Assembly (NCBI GenBank): GCA_043228905.1
Contig: JBHGNT010000011.1
Coordinates: 9,114,001-9,178,000 of the forward strand
DNA from: Azolla caroliniana
Taxonomy: Eukaryota; Plantae; Polypodiophyta
Length of the DNA stretch: 64,000 nt
Direction of reading: 5' to 3'
How positions within the stretch are numbered: the stretch's first letter is position 1; each line of letters opens with the position of its first letter. Under the pieces are notes generated by a model. That model worked only from the letters and a program-made list of their open reading frames with translations, searched no databases and was not told the origin of the DNA. A program made the position numbers and the translations under genes. Shown here piece by piece: positions 37,137 through 49,543 of this stretch.

Positions 37137-37335
37137 GCACAAATAAACATTTTATTTCTTAATAGCAACAGTTACAAATGACAACCAACAACTTCTCTCA
37201 CTAAAGGTTACAAAATCACTTTATATAGTGACTATCCTAGGGCAACTGCCCTTTATGCTATTTACAGAAATAGACCAACCTTGGGTTGTCCAAAGGGACA
37301 GTGTGAATATGGCCATTATACACTCGTATTCGACA
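31967..37335 (-). mobile_element. Full-length Ty1/Copia (family B), LTRs 31967-32270 and 37012-37335, TSD CAGAA
   Basis: CAGAA at 31962-31966 and 37336-37340; PBS TGGTATCAGAGC at 37009-36998; PPT next to 32271. Domain order: gag (35855-36493), WLLDSGASYH, integrase, RT KYKARLVAKGF / YVDDMLL, RNase H YTDSDFAG..KHINVRYHFVRD. The LTRs look roughly 95% identical by eye. Confidence 0.96.
32466..36493 (-). pseudogene. Copia gag-pol polyprotein with several stops and frameshifts
   Basis: ORF pieces 35855-36493, 35057-35650, 34792-35004, 34546-34731, 33606-34175 and 32466-33446 lie in canonical Copia domain order. Confidence 0.93.
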
Positions 37336-39099
37336 CAGAACTGTTGTCGGCATTGTCTCTGTGCCGTTGGTTCTGCTCTTGCCGGCCACCACTGTAGTGC
37401 GCCGACCCACCTCGTCCACCACGTCCACGGGGCCGATCTGCCTCCTTGTACTATATTCGACTATCCGATTGAGTGGTCTTTGATCCACTTGCATGGTTTT
37501 CCTCGACCATCAACATTGACTGTAGGTCGAAGAAGGACGATGGTTTATCCCGGGTGCAAATCGTTGTCCGGATTCGCCCATACCATTGTGTTAGACTACT
37601 AAGGCAGATCAGAACCATCTCGTCTTCGCCCACTATCATGTTGATGGAACCCACTACATCGCAGATCTCCTTGATCTTAGTGGTGTAGTCGGTAATTGAC
37701 ATGTCCCTCTGCTAGACGTTGTTGAGCTCTTCTCGAAGCTGCAATTTTCGGGCCGTGGTGCTCATGGCGAAAATCTTCTTCAGGTTTTCCCAAGCTTCTT
37801 TCAGCGACTTCGCATCTATGATGTAGCCAAGCATGTGGTCGTGCATACAGGACGTGAGACAATATAACACTTGGCTTGTTCCTTGTTCCCAAGTTGGGAA
37901 GTCCTTGTGTGCTGAATCTGGTATTGCTACATTTGCTCCTTCCACATAGCTCCAGTATCCGTGCCCTAACAAGTATTGGTGCATTTTATATGACCAAGAC
38001 AAATAGTTGCTCTGGTCGAGCTTTTTTGTAGGAAGCGAGCTCACCATGCTCCTGTCCATACCTTCTTTCTTTTGTTCTTTACCGGTGATTAGGGTTTGTC
38101 TGTTTCGAGCAGTTGTCGGTAGTAGAGGTTCTCAACCCTAGCGCTCTAATACCATGTAAAGGCTAACACGCGGAAGCTTTGACAAACCGGCTAAGCTTGA
38201 TAATAGTAGAACAAGGAGACGAAGGTGTTGAGAATCGATCGACCACAACTAGTTGCACGTTTACGTATTTGGGTGCAAAGAAACGACAATAACAGTGCAC
38301 AGACGAAAAACGAAGAACATGAAACTAAAATGCAAGAGACACATATATTTTAACGTGGAAAACCAAATTGGGAAAAACCACGTGGAGTCCACAAACTCCA
38401 AAACTGATCACTTTGACAAGAAGGGGAAGTACAACGAGAAACTTTGAGGCAACAACCTCGAGATCTCCTTCGTCAACAGACGGTTGTAGAGTTACTCACT
38501 CTTCACTCTCACACTCTTTCCCTCTCTCACTCTTAGTTACAGAGGCAATGACCTGCTCTAACTATGTGACTAATAATGATATGCACTAATGATTCTTACT
38601 TACATAAGGTTTGCCCTAGTTGTATTTATACACATACAACTTTCGACTATTTACAAATATAGTCCCCCGAGTTGGCTATATACTTGATTTTGGTTTTGGC
38701 CTCGGCCGAGTTACTCATCAACTCAACTCATTTCTTCCCATCAAGAGGAACCTATTTCCTAATAGAAGGTTTAATGGAAACCTTAACACAGAGTATGCGG
38801 GAGAGATAGAGAGAGTAGAACAGTAAAATTTCATTCAAAAGTTAATCAACACTCTGTACATACAACATGCTCAATAACACTATTTATACAAGTCCTTTAA
38901 GGACTGACCGAAGTACTGACCAGTTCTTCAATGCTCGTACTGAGCTACTGACTCTAGCTACGAGGACCATAAATACTTAGTAGTCTAGAAGCATAGGCCA
39001 CTAACGGCTTACTGGTTCACACGTGGGTCCGGCTCTCTGAATACCGATCTGGCTCTAGCTTATTCAGCCGATTTGGATCTTGTTGAGCTTGCCCACTAA

Positions 39100-40035
39100 A
39101 CAAGGAGTTTATCGATGAGCGAGGAATTCGGCAAGAAGAATTCTGATTCCATTGCGATAACAAAAGTGCCATCCACCTTGCAAAGAATGCCGCCTACCAC
39201 TCGAGGACCAAGCACATCCAGAGGAGATATCATTGGCTCCGAGAGCGAGTAGAAGAAAAAGAGTTTGCTCTAGCAAAGGTGCACACAACGAAGAAAGGGC
39301 CGGACATGCTTACGAAGGTTCCGTCAGACGAAAAGCTGAACGAGTGCCGGAAAAGGATAAGATTGGTGAACTACCCCATGCCGGAGTGAAGGGGGAGTTT
39401 GCTGGGAAAACAAGTCCCCCCGGATGGGAAGAAGAGAACGAACTAAATCGAAGACACATGGCTAATTCAGTCGAGGCCGAAATCGAAATCGTTTACATAT
39501 AACCGATTCAGGAGTGTTGAGAGATCAAGCTCAACTTAGTTTAGTTAGTTAGTCAACAATGTAACTTCGTAGTTACCTAGATAGAATCTAGTTAGAAGTG
39601 TTGACTATAACGCCTTAAATAGGACCTTGTACTTAAGTGGGATATTCTAGATCCTCCACTCCTAAGTACATTTAATATAGGACTTACACATTAGTATCTA
39701 TATTCTACTCACACATGTGCACCTTTGCACATGAGATGTATATATACCTCATTGTGGGTATTTTTGTATTTGACGATGATAATGCCAATTTAATATACTT
39801 ACTCATCCCCCATCTTGTGTTGTATCTCTCTCTCTCTCTCTCTCTTCCTCTCTCACACATACACACACATATCACTTAATCTTCCGCTTATCAACTAATC
39901 ATATAATTAGGTACTAATTAATCCTTGCTTAATTACTTACCTAATTCTTAACAAGGAGACTATATTTGTAAATAGTCTGCTATGTATATGAGTATATATA
40001 GACTTAGGGCAAGTAGTTAGAAATATGAATGTGAT
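39100..40035 (+). mobile_element. Copia RNase H end, PPT and partial 3' LTR
   Basis: HCDNKSAIHLAKNAAYHSRTKHIQRRYHWLRE; GAAGGGGGAG PPT at ~39388; the LTR is interrupted by the solo LTR at 39515-39953. Confidence 0.8.
39515..39953 (+). mobile_element. Solo LTR (family C) with TSD AGGAG
   Basis: TGTT...AACA termini; AGGAG at 39510-39514 and 39954-39958; homologues at 40036-40415 (inverted) and 63221-63644. Confidence 0.92.
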
Positions 40036-40138
40036 TGTTAAGAATTAGGTAAGTAATTAAGCAAGGATTAATTAGTGCCTAATTATGTGATTAAGTTAAG
40101 CGGAAGATTAAGTGATATGTGTGTGTATGTGTGTGAGA

Positions 40139-40184
<46 letters not shown>

Positions 40185-40415
40185 CACTTATAAACAACAC
40201 AAGATGGGGGATGAGTAAGTATATTAAATTAGTATTATCGTGATCAAATCCGAAAATACCCACAATGAGGTATATATAGATCTCATGTGCAAGGGTGCAC
40301 ATGTGTGAGTATAATATAGGTACAAAAGTGTAAGTCCTATATTAAATGTACTTAGGAGTGGAGGATCAAGAATATCCCACTTAAGTACAAGGTCCTATTT
40401 AAGGCATTATAGTCG
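40036..40415 (-). mobile_element. Truncated family C LTR, inverted
   Basis: Reverse complement of ~39603-39953. Confidence 0.9.
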
Positions 40416-41240
40416 ATCTTGGCTGTTGACTTTTGTCGATCTTGCGCATTAACGAGCTCAAGAGTTATATCTTGGTGGATTTCTTTTAGATGAAATTCCC
40501 GCTCTTTAACCAAGGGGTTTACTAAACCGGAGGGAAGGTATATGCTGAATTGAGGTTGGAAACCAACGTTGGCAAAGAATGGAGAGGTTCCAATGGATGA
40601 ATAAAGGGTGTTATTATAAGGGAATTCAGCCAATGGGAGGAACGTTGTCCAATCGTCTTGTTGGTAACTCACCACACATCGGAGATATTGCTCAAGTACT
40701 TGATTTATTGCCCTCGATAAATTGGTGGTGGTACAAAGAATATGGAAGAGACGTTTCCAAAAATGGGAAATAAATGGGGCACCATATTTGGAAACGATAT
40801 CATTAGGTAACCCATGGAGGCGCACACCATTCGCTCAGATTAAATTCACTATCTTTGGGCTTGAGATGGCTTTGGAACATGCTATAAAATGTGCCATTTT
40901 GGTAAATTAGTTCATGACTACCAAGATGGAGTCATGCCTCTCAGATGGTTGCAAGCCGGTGATGAAATCCATCGATATGGATGACTACGACCAATCTGGG
41001 AGTGGAAGAGGTTGAAGCAGTCCATACAGGCGATGATGTGTTGTTTTGGATTGAGCAAAGATGTCACAAGTCTTGATGAAGTTTTTGATTAGCTTCCATT
41101 GTTGGGGCCACTAATATGTCCGAGAGATCATTTCCAAAGTTTTGGCGACCCCAAAGTGGCCTGCGAGCGAACCGTCTTGGCATTCAATTATGATGCAAAC
41201 TCGTCATGGCGCTTTTGGGACGTTGACTAGATTGTTCCTC
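40416..41240 (-). pseudogene. Gypsy integrase fragment
   Basis: RLHGLPNDIVS, NQVLEQYLRC..YQQDDW..FLPLAEF.YNN, GHFGVAKTL. Confidence 0.85.
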
Positions 41241-41740
41241 AGTAGCCAACACAACTGACAAAGAGAACTAGCACAAAGACAAGGCTTCATCTTCCAAAGA
41301 AGAGCGGACCACAACATGGACAAAGGAATGGTAGCTCGCTTCCGATGGAAAAGCTCGACATGAGCAACTACATGTCTTGGTTGTACAAGATGCATTAGTA
41401 CCTACTCGAACATGGGTACTGGAGCTATGTCAAAGGTGTCACGGACAAGTATAATAGAGCAAAGCGAAGACAAGACTAGAAAACAAGAGAGAGGAAAAGA
41501 ACAAGAACTTAACTTAAAGAATCCGTAATTGGTGTTGGTCACCTTGATTAGAATCAAGGTGCACCTGAGTATTTATACAAGAAGGTAGGGCTATGTAAGC
41601 CAACTAGAAATAGAGTATGCATGAGGATGCATGCAATAGAGAATGCATGAGAATGTGTGCAAGCTAGAAATGAGGATGCATGCAAGCTAGGAACTTCCAA
41701 TGTTCAATCTACACTATGAAGTTGGATTTGGTACAAGGAT

Positions 41741-41810
41741 GCATATGTAGCTCAATTGGTAGGGTTGCCCAATAGAGACCACGAGGTCTTGGGTTCAATC
41801 CCTATCTTCC
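41741..41810 (+). promoter_or_regulatory. tRNA-derived Pol III A-box/B-box cassette inside the family D LTR (copies at 45930-45999 and 59358-59428)
   Basis: A-box TAGCTCAATTGG at 41748-41759, variable-loop-like GAGGTC, B-box GGTTCAATCCC at 41792-41802. The T8-to-T54 spacing is 46 nt, as in a tRNA; no convincing anticodon arm. Confidence 0.7.
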
Positions 41811-43133
41811 TCCGTGGCATATGTCTATGACACTATCCTCCCTCTAAGGCCGCCTCCTAACACCCATGGCCGGTTTATGAGGGTATTGTTGATGAAAAGC
41901 ACGAATTGCCTCTAGTGCATTTTGTAAATGAGTAATTGGTTCCCATGTGGCATCCGAAAGAGGGTAACCTTTCCATAAGACCATGTATTGAAGTCTTCGT
42001 CGACACAAGCAGGAGTTGAGGATCCGGTCAACCTCGTACTCCTCACTTGTCGATAATTCCACGGTCGGCAGCGGAGGAGGTTGTCATCCCGGAATGCGAG
42101 AAGGATGGCAGAGTTCGAGGAGAGAGACGCGGAAAACATTGTGAAACCGAAATGTGGGAGGAAGTGCTAACCAGAAGGTGACTGGGTTAACGCATTCGAC
42201 GATACGGAAGGGGCCTAGGTTTTTGTAGTCGAGCTTCACGCAGGGAGTGGTGACGTAGCAGCCAAACCATGTTACTGCGAAGGTCGGCACGGCCAAGCGA
42301 TGTCGGTCTGCGTGAGCTTTATACTGTTTTCCAGCGGCATGGAGCTCGAGGGAGAGGTCACGATGGACATCTTGTAAGGTGTGGGCACGCCTCTCGGCCG
42401 ACGGATTGACGGAAATCTCTGGAATGGAAATGCTGAAACCAGGGTGGAAACCATAGTTTAGAAAGAATGGGGAAACCTTAGTTGAGGCATGGATACTATT
42501 ATTGTAGGCAAATTCCGCCATGGCAAGGAAGTCCACCCGATCGTCTTGTTGGTAGCTGATTGGACACTTGAGGTATTGTTCGAGGATTTGGTTGACTCTT
42601 TCGGTTTGGCCATCAGTTTGAGGGTGGTGCATGGTTGACAAGTTCACAAAAGTCTCGAGTGTTTGTAGAAGTCGGTGCTAGAAGTGGGGGATAAATTGAG
42701 GACCTCGATTAGAAGGGACATCCTCAGGGAAGCCGTGTAATCTGACGACATTTTTCAAAAAAAGGTCAGCCGTCTCCTCCCCCGAAATGGTTTTCGAACA
42801 TGGGACAAAGTGAGCCATCTTCGAAAACCAATCGACGACCACTAGCACCGCGTCATTGTCACTGACCCGAGGAAGGTCGGTGATAAAGTCCACGGAGAGA
42901 GATGCCCAAGGTCGATTGGGAATTAGAAGTGGGTGTAGAAGGTCGTAGGGACGATGGTGAGCCACTTTGGAGCGAGCACAAACGTCACAAGTTTTGGTAA
43001 ATTCTTTGACCAATTTCCAGGATTGGGGCCACCAAAAGCCCTGAGACAGCAACGACAACGTTTTCGCGACCCCAAAGTGTCCAACAAGAGGATCATCGTG
43101 GCAAGTTTGTAGGACTCGGATACGACATGTGAC

Positions 43134-43555
43134 TGTCACGGACACACCAACGCTAGACTACGACAAAGCACAGATGACAAGGCTACGATTGATAAGGTTA
43201 GGAACGTGGAACTCGACGTGATGAGGCTAGAAACTCGGGAAGTTGGGAGCGATGAGATGAGGAACTTAAGATGGTACTAACAAATACAAGAGCATAAAGA
43301 CAAAGATGTAAATCAAGGAGAGAAGATGGGGCTAAACAAGAATACTAGATTGATGTGTCAATGATTGGTGTTGAATCCCTTGAAAGGGATGAAGGAGGTT
43401 ACAAGTATTTATACTTTGAGTCGAAGTACATGCATTAGAATATTCTGGAGATTATTCAGGAGAATATTCTAGAACCCTCTAGAACCATCTGGTTCTAGAA
43501 CTTTCTAAAAACTCCTAGGAGTTGAAATCGATAATCTACTAAGATATATATAACA
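43134..43555. mobile_element. LTR fragment at the RT/RH deletion junction of the family D element
   Basis: Begins TGTCACGGACA and is non-coding; no TSD found. Confidence 0.6.
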
Positions 43556-46302
43556 TGATCATATATTTGGCCGAATGGCATCACTTTGTACTCGAAATGT
43601 CCATAGCGCATCCGAAAAGCCGTTTTCCACTCATCACCAAGCTTGATGCGCACCAAATTGTAGGCGCCCTAAAGGTCGATTTTGTAGAAGATATGCCTAG
43701 TTCGGACTCGATTGAGGATTGTTGGAATTAAGAGTAGGGGGTAAGGATTACACACCGTAACTTTGTTGAGACCCCGATAATCCACACATAAGCGTAAGGA
43801 GCCATCCTTCTTTTGACAAATAAGATTGGTGCCCCAACCGGTGATTTGGAGGGTTGAATGAAACCCTTTGCGAGATTCTCAGCCAGATATGTGCGGAGAG
43901 CCTCAAGTTCGGGTTCAGATAACCCATATATAGGATTGAATGGGGGATGCTCGCCAGCTTGGAGTTCGATTGGGCAATCGTAGGGACGATGATCTGGTAA
44001 CCGATTGACATTCCGCTTTTCGAAGATGTCGGAAAAGTTGCTATATCGGACAGGTAAATTGTTGACAGGAACGGTGACGTCCCCCGACACAACGGCCAGT
44101 CCAACGACCAAACCGGACTCGACCGCAACGGAATCAAGAGAGTGTCGTGACCTAGTAGGAATTGGGCTTATTGGAAAAGTGATGGAGCGGTTACACCAAT
44201 CCACGTCGGATTGTGTGTCTCCAACCAAGATAGCCCCAACACAATTGGATGTCGGGGGGTTGCGATGAGGTAGAACATGAGTACCTCCTAATGCGGCCTG
44301 ACTTGAAGTACCAATGGGATAGTGGCTTCGGTAACCGCCCCCGAAGAGAGAACCCGATCGTCGATCGCCTCAATAGATATGGGTTTTGATGTGTGGACGG
44401 TGGGGATATTATGTGCGCGGACAAAGGATTTATCGATAAAGCAAGTGGATGATCCGGAGTCGAGCAAGGCATGAGAATGCATTGAAGTCGAACCAAAACA
44501 AAGACTTACTAATGGAGGAACGGACTTGTAGGAGCATGGAGAAGGTGAGTAACGGGAAGCGTCCAGTGGCATGACTCCCACTACAACCGGACTTGGTCAT
44601 TTTCCTGTTGTCGAGGAACCTCCCCAAGACGTGGATGATGGAATTGGTGCCATGGGCCCCGCACCAGGCAGTGGCGGATGACATGGTCGGGGTTGCCACA
44701 ATAGAGACAAAGTCCATTGTCCCGACGATGTTGGCATTGGGCTTCAGTTAGTGGTTGGAACCAAGTGTGGCCGATCTCCATCGGGGTATGGAAATAGACC
44801 TTCGTCGTGGTATGGGTATCACTGGGTGATGGTAAGGTTGGAGTGGGAGACAAGGAGGGCTTGGCGATTGATGCGTTTCGGGAAGAAGCCTGAGACCCGC
44901 GAGTCTTGACGAAGTTTGAAGAGACGATTGTCACACTAGATAGCTTGGGAGGTTACTTGAGACAATGATGTGGGCTCCGGGAAGTTTAAGAGTAGAGTCT
45001 TGATGTTGTTTCGGAGACCTCAACGGAAATGGTTGTATAGGGCTTGGTCATCCCAACTGACATCGTAGGCAATCTCACGGAACTCTGAGGCGTAGACTGA
45101 GGCTAGACGTGAGGCTTGTTGGAAAGAATAAAGCTTTGTGAGTGTCGTTGGTCGCCAGTCTGTCTCGTCAAATGTCACTTCGAGCTCCTCAATGAAAGTG
45201 GTGAAGTTTTCTAAGAGAGGGGATGAGGTCTCGATCAATGGTGCAAGCCACGCTTGCGCCGGCTTGGAGAGAAGCATGCCGACAAGCCCAACCCAAGAAA
45301 AGTCGCTAGCATACCGTTGGGGCTGTAACCAGATGTTAAGTCGAATTTGGTTGATGAAGCCATGAAGATACGCCCTCGTACCGTTGAATTTGTCCGGTAG
45401 GTTGATGGTTGGTTCGAGGACATATGGATGGGAAGACAACGTGGTCGGGCTAGGTGCCGACAGTGGTTGTGACTCGGCGGGTGGTGGATTTCTTGAAGTG
45501 CCAGATTGAAACTCTCGTAATGATTCCCGAAGGATTTCATTCTCTAGCTAAAGTTGTTGCAAGACTGCCATGACTTGGTTTAGGTTGTCGACAGAGCCGG
45601 ACATGGTACCAAGAAGAGGGCAAGGTGAACAAACTGTCACGGACAAGTATAATAGAGTAGAGCGAAGACAAGACTAGAAAACAAGAGAGGAAAAGAACAA
45701 GAACTTAACTTATAGAATCTGTAACTAGTGTTGTTCACTTTTTTTAGAATCAAGGTGCACCTGAGTATTTATACAAGAAGGTAGGGGCTATGTAAGCCAA
45801 CTAGAAATAGAGTATGCATGTAATAGAGAATGCATGAGAATGTGTGCAAGCTAGAAATGAGGATGCATGCAATCTAGGAACTTCCAATGTTCAATCTACA
45901 CTACATGAAGTTAGATTTAGTATAAGGATACATATGTAGCTCAATTGGTAGGGTTACCCAATAGAGACCATGAGGTCTTGGGTTCAATCCCTACCTTCCT
46001 CCATGGCATATGTCTATGACAAACGGAGCTAATGATGTAGCACCAAAGTCAACGCACAAAGATTTCCCAACTTGGGAGCAAGCACCACGCCAAGTCTTGT
46101 ATTGCTTTGCCTTGTGTGTCCACAACCACATGCTAGGGTATAAAAGGGATGTGAAGTCACAGAAGGATGCTTGGGGGAACCTGAAGTGTGGACACATGCT
46201 AAGGTATAAAAGGGATGCGAAGTCACAAAAGGATGCTTGGGGGAACCTGAAGAAGGTCTTCCTTGCCAGCACCACAACCCAGAAGTTGCAACTCTGCCAA
46301 GA

Positions 46303-46610
46303 GCTCAACAATATCCAACAATGAGGTATGTTAGTCACTAACTGCACCACCAAGATCAAACAAATCCACGACTCAATGGGATCCATCAATGTTTCTGTAG
46401 ATGAAGATAAAAGGAGGGAATTCTGCTATCGGTTCACACTGAAGCAGAATGGTGTGGCTCAACAATATCCAACAATGAGGTATGTTAGTCACTAACTGCA
46501 CCACCAAGATCAAACAAATCCACGACTCAATGGGATCCATCAATGTTTCTGTAGATGAAGATAAAAGGAGGGAATTCTGCTATCGGTTCACACTGAAGCA
46601 GAATGGTGTG
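46303..46610. repeat. 154-bp tandem duplication
   Basis: 46303-46456 and 46457-46610 appear identical. Confidence 0.92.
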
Positions 46611-47205
46611 GCTGAGAGGATGAACCATCAATTGAAGAAACAACTAGGCCAATGTTAGAAGAGAAGAGCATGCCCAAGTTCTACTAGGCTCTAGCAGCCA
46701 GGACAATTGTGTACCTTCAGAATCAGACATTTGCAATTGAAGGTAAAGTGTCACCACACAAGTTGTACATCGAGAAGAAGTCGAACTTGGTGCACTTGAG
46801 GGTGTTTAGCAACATAGGTGTCGAAGGAGAAACAGAGAAAGTTGGATGTCAAAGCTGAGAAATGTATCTTGGTTGTATACTTGGACAAACAAAACGGTTA
46901 TATGTGCTTTAATCCCTGGACGAAACAGGTTCGAGTTAGTCGTGATGTCGTGTTTGATGAAACGACTTCATGGTACTAATATTCGACCAATCTGACCCCC
47001 ATGGACTCCATGCCGATTACTAAAGATGAGATCAATGAGGTTGATCCAATAGATGAGGAAGAAATCGGCACTCTAGAAGGGAGTCCGACCTCATTCAGAC
47101 TAGGTGGACCGATGGAGGAGCTAAGCCGGAACGACCAACCGTTTGACAAGCCGACGAGTGAGGAAGACTCGGTTGTGCACTCCCCACATACAAAGACGAA
47201 AACAT

Positions 47206-48052
47206 GACTAAATGCACATCGTATAGAAGACTTCCTAACTCATTGGCAAGCTCGAAAAAAGGGCAAGGGCCTTAACTTCTTCTTCAAAGTTCATCCCTTG
47301 GGAGGAGAGTTCAGACAACACCCGACTCTCTCATCTTCCTATTAAACAGTTGCCTGGTCAATATGGTTTTGACGAGGAAGATTCCTTCTTGTAAACGGCC
47401 TGAAGTTTGTTCCACAATGTGAAGGTCGTCATCTCCTTTGCCATGCTAAAATAGACTTTCTCATCCAAGTGCATCCGGGTGGTCGATCGTGATATTCCGT
47501 CCATCGATCGTCATTCTACTGTAGACATTGAAGTTGGTCGGGTGCTATGCCAAATGGCTTCGATCCATTGGTGGATGATTAAGACGTCTTGTATCATTTC
47601 TTTCTATAGGCGGAGTTCTTCCCGTCGAACTTCAAGATTTCCACACTTGTGCGAAATTGTGTCACCATCTTCTAAAGAAGAAATTTATGTTGGCCTAGTC
47701 TTTTCTTTTAGCTAGATAGCTCTTCTTTTGAGTTTTTTTTGTAGTTTGTTGTTGCCGAACAACAAGGTCGCTATGATACAAAGAATATGGAAGATGTTAT
47801 GTAGTGAAAGATGAGGACTTGTAGGTTAGTGTCAAGCAAACAACACAATAAACTAGATGAGTGGATGTGCATTGTTAGCAAAATCCAAAGATCAAGAAGC
47901 ACAAATAGTTGCACTCAGTTAAGCTTAAAGACAAACTTGCTTATTCCCTCCAAAAACCCCCCCTCTCTCATTACAATAACTTAGTTGGGCTTTAAATAGT
48001 TAAACCCTAATTAGTTCATGTGTTTACACTAGAGAGGCAAATGGGTAGAGTC
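47206..48052 (-). mobile_element. Old Copia gag fragment, PBS remnant and LTR (continues at 58926-~58980)
   Basis: The minus strand reads RMHLDEKVYFSMAKEMTTFTLWNKLQ; GCTATGATACA at ~47770 resembles a reversed Met PBS. Confidence 0.6.
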
Positions 48053-48348
48053 TATCATGATATGGCAAGACTCGAACCCATGACTTTATGTTAAATGGGT
48101 CGAGCTCTTGACCATTAGCCTATATGTTGTAATACAAAAGATATTATTTTCATTTAAGTTTTACTATAGAAATTTGATGTATATTCCAGATTTCTCTGAA
48201 ACATTCTAGAAACTTCAGGAGTACTCTTGAGAACACTATAAAAGGAGGCACAAGGCATTACTTCGAACCAAATCGGTTCAACGCCAATCTTAAGCCTCCT
48301 AGCTACTATTTTATATTCTCTTAACATAATATATATCTTTTGTTATCA

Positions 48349-48352
<4 letters not shown>

Positions 48353-48417
<65 letters not shown>
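48353..48417. repeat. (CT)n microsatellite at the LINE insertion site
   Basis: About 32 TC units; the uninterrupted 3' LTR has a shorter tract at ~58792-58824. Confidence 0.97.
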
Positions 48418-48420
<3 letters not shown>

Positions 48421-48667
48421 AAAGTTCTCTGTTAGTTCACTCCAGCCATCATTTCTACATTCTATAGCTTGTTGGAAAGCTCTTCGAGAGAGCTTTCTAA
48501 AGAATGTTCATTTACTGAATTCCGTTACTGTGGCGAGAAGTTATGAACATTTTCATCCGTAGCCATCTTTGAACGGAAGGTAGATTTTGAAGCCCTAAAT
48601 CGAGTGAAAGGTACATTCTCTCTCCTTCCCTCTCTGTCTCTCTCTTCTCGTAGGGTTTTTCCCTACA

Positions 48668-49537
48668 ATGGAAAATACTCGTAAAACCGCCGCAAAGTTC
48701 GGGGGTATGATTGATAATGAGCCAAGATCACCAACAAATCTCGATTCTAATGCAATGGACAAAATGCTTATGAGTCACTTGATTTCTCTTCAAGAAACCA
48801 TAAACAAGCAAGGTGAAGAGATTAGGACGTTAATGAAAGAGAATGCTAAGCTCCAAAGTGTTGTCATTGAGAATGAAAGTCTTAAACAAGTGGTAGCAAA
48901 ACTTCAAGAAGAGATTCAAGAATGTAAAAGAGCTTCTTTTGAAATAAATGAGTGCCTTAACAAGATTGAGTTAAAGGAAGCATTAAAAGAAGAAAAATTG
49001 GACACGATGAGGTGGGATGTAAATGAGATGAAAAATGTATGTACAACGAAGTCATGGGCCGATGTATGTGGTGGGGATGTGCTATCAAACTCATCTAATA
49101 TGCATGTGATGCATCAAGAGAAGAATATAGAAAGCATAGATGTCTGAGAATTGAATGAATGTGAACGACGATCAAAGAACATTGTCGTTTGTGGGATTAA
49201 AGAAGAGAGTATGGAAACACCCGCATCCCTTGGAAAGGCCATTGGTGAATTTTTTAGCATGCATTATGGGATGTCATATGTGAATGTATATGGGGCACAC
49301 TGAGTTGGGAAACATGGTGTTACTCGCTCCGGAGAAAGGCCTATTGTATGCACAATGACAGATGATACAAAACGACGGATCATACTCAAAAATAGTTGGG
49401 TATACCTCAAAGGTACACAATGCTTTGTGAGTGAAGATCGTACTATCTCACAACAAAATGCTCGCTGTAAAGCATATGAAGAAAGATTGAAAAATAAGGT
49501 TAAGGATGTGCCTAAAGATGGAAATGTAGGCAAATAG
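48668..49537 (+). pseudogene. LINE ORF1 (coiled-coil region plus RRM-like region), with in-frame stops
   Basis: Heptad-rich LQETINKQGEEIRTLMKENAKLQ..., then RRSKNIVV.G and FVSEDRT motifs typical of LINE ORF1. Confidence 0.75.
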
Positions 49538-49543
49538 GGACAT

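Larger units (their letters stand above)
29714..38764 (-). mobile_element. Outer Ty1/Copia (gag-PR-INT, no RT) with non-matching LTRs (38155-38764 family A; 29714-30017 family B)
   Basis: PBS remnant at 38143-38154 and gag at 38059-37341. It resumes at 31966 after the nested element: WYVDSRASNHM, LWYKRIGH, IHSNVWG, KLDPKSEKCILVGY. PPT at 30018-30024. Flanks are GAATG/GAAGG. Confidence 0.8.
41437..46021 (-). mobile_element. Ty3/Gypsy chromovirus (family D), LTRs 41437-41832 and 45635-46021
   Basis: TGTCA...TGACA LTRs; TSD AAAGG/AACGG. gag 45020-45439 with CLYCGNPDHVIRHC, protease ALLDSGSSTCF, RT start, integrase 42084-43130, chromodomain EEYEVDRIL..YMVLWKGY..TWEP at 41844-42062. Most of RT-RH is lost at the LTR fragment 43134-~43555. 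Confidence 0.94.
41240..47205 (+). mobile_element. Deleted Copia relic (gag 5' end and integrase tail) split by the Gypsy at 41437-46021
   Basis: The gag reading HGYWSYVK|GANDVAPKSTHKDFPTWEQ continues across the insertion; integrase tail KLDVKAEKCILV..KQVRVSRDVVFDE at ~46840-46970. Confidence 0.8.

Noticed and set aside
41741-41810. Functional tRNA genes at the A/B-box cassettes
   Set aside because: No proper anticodon arm, a poor acceptor stem, and embedded in LTRs; treated as tRNA-derived only.
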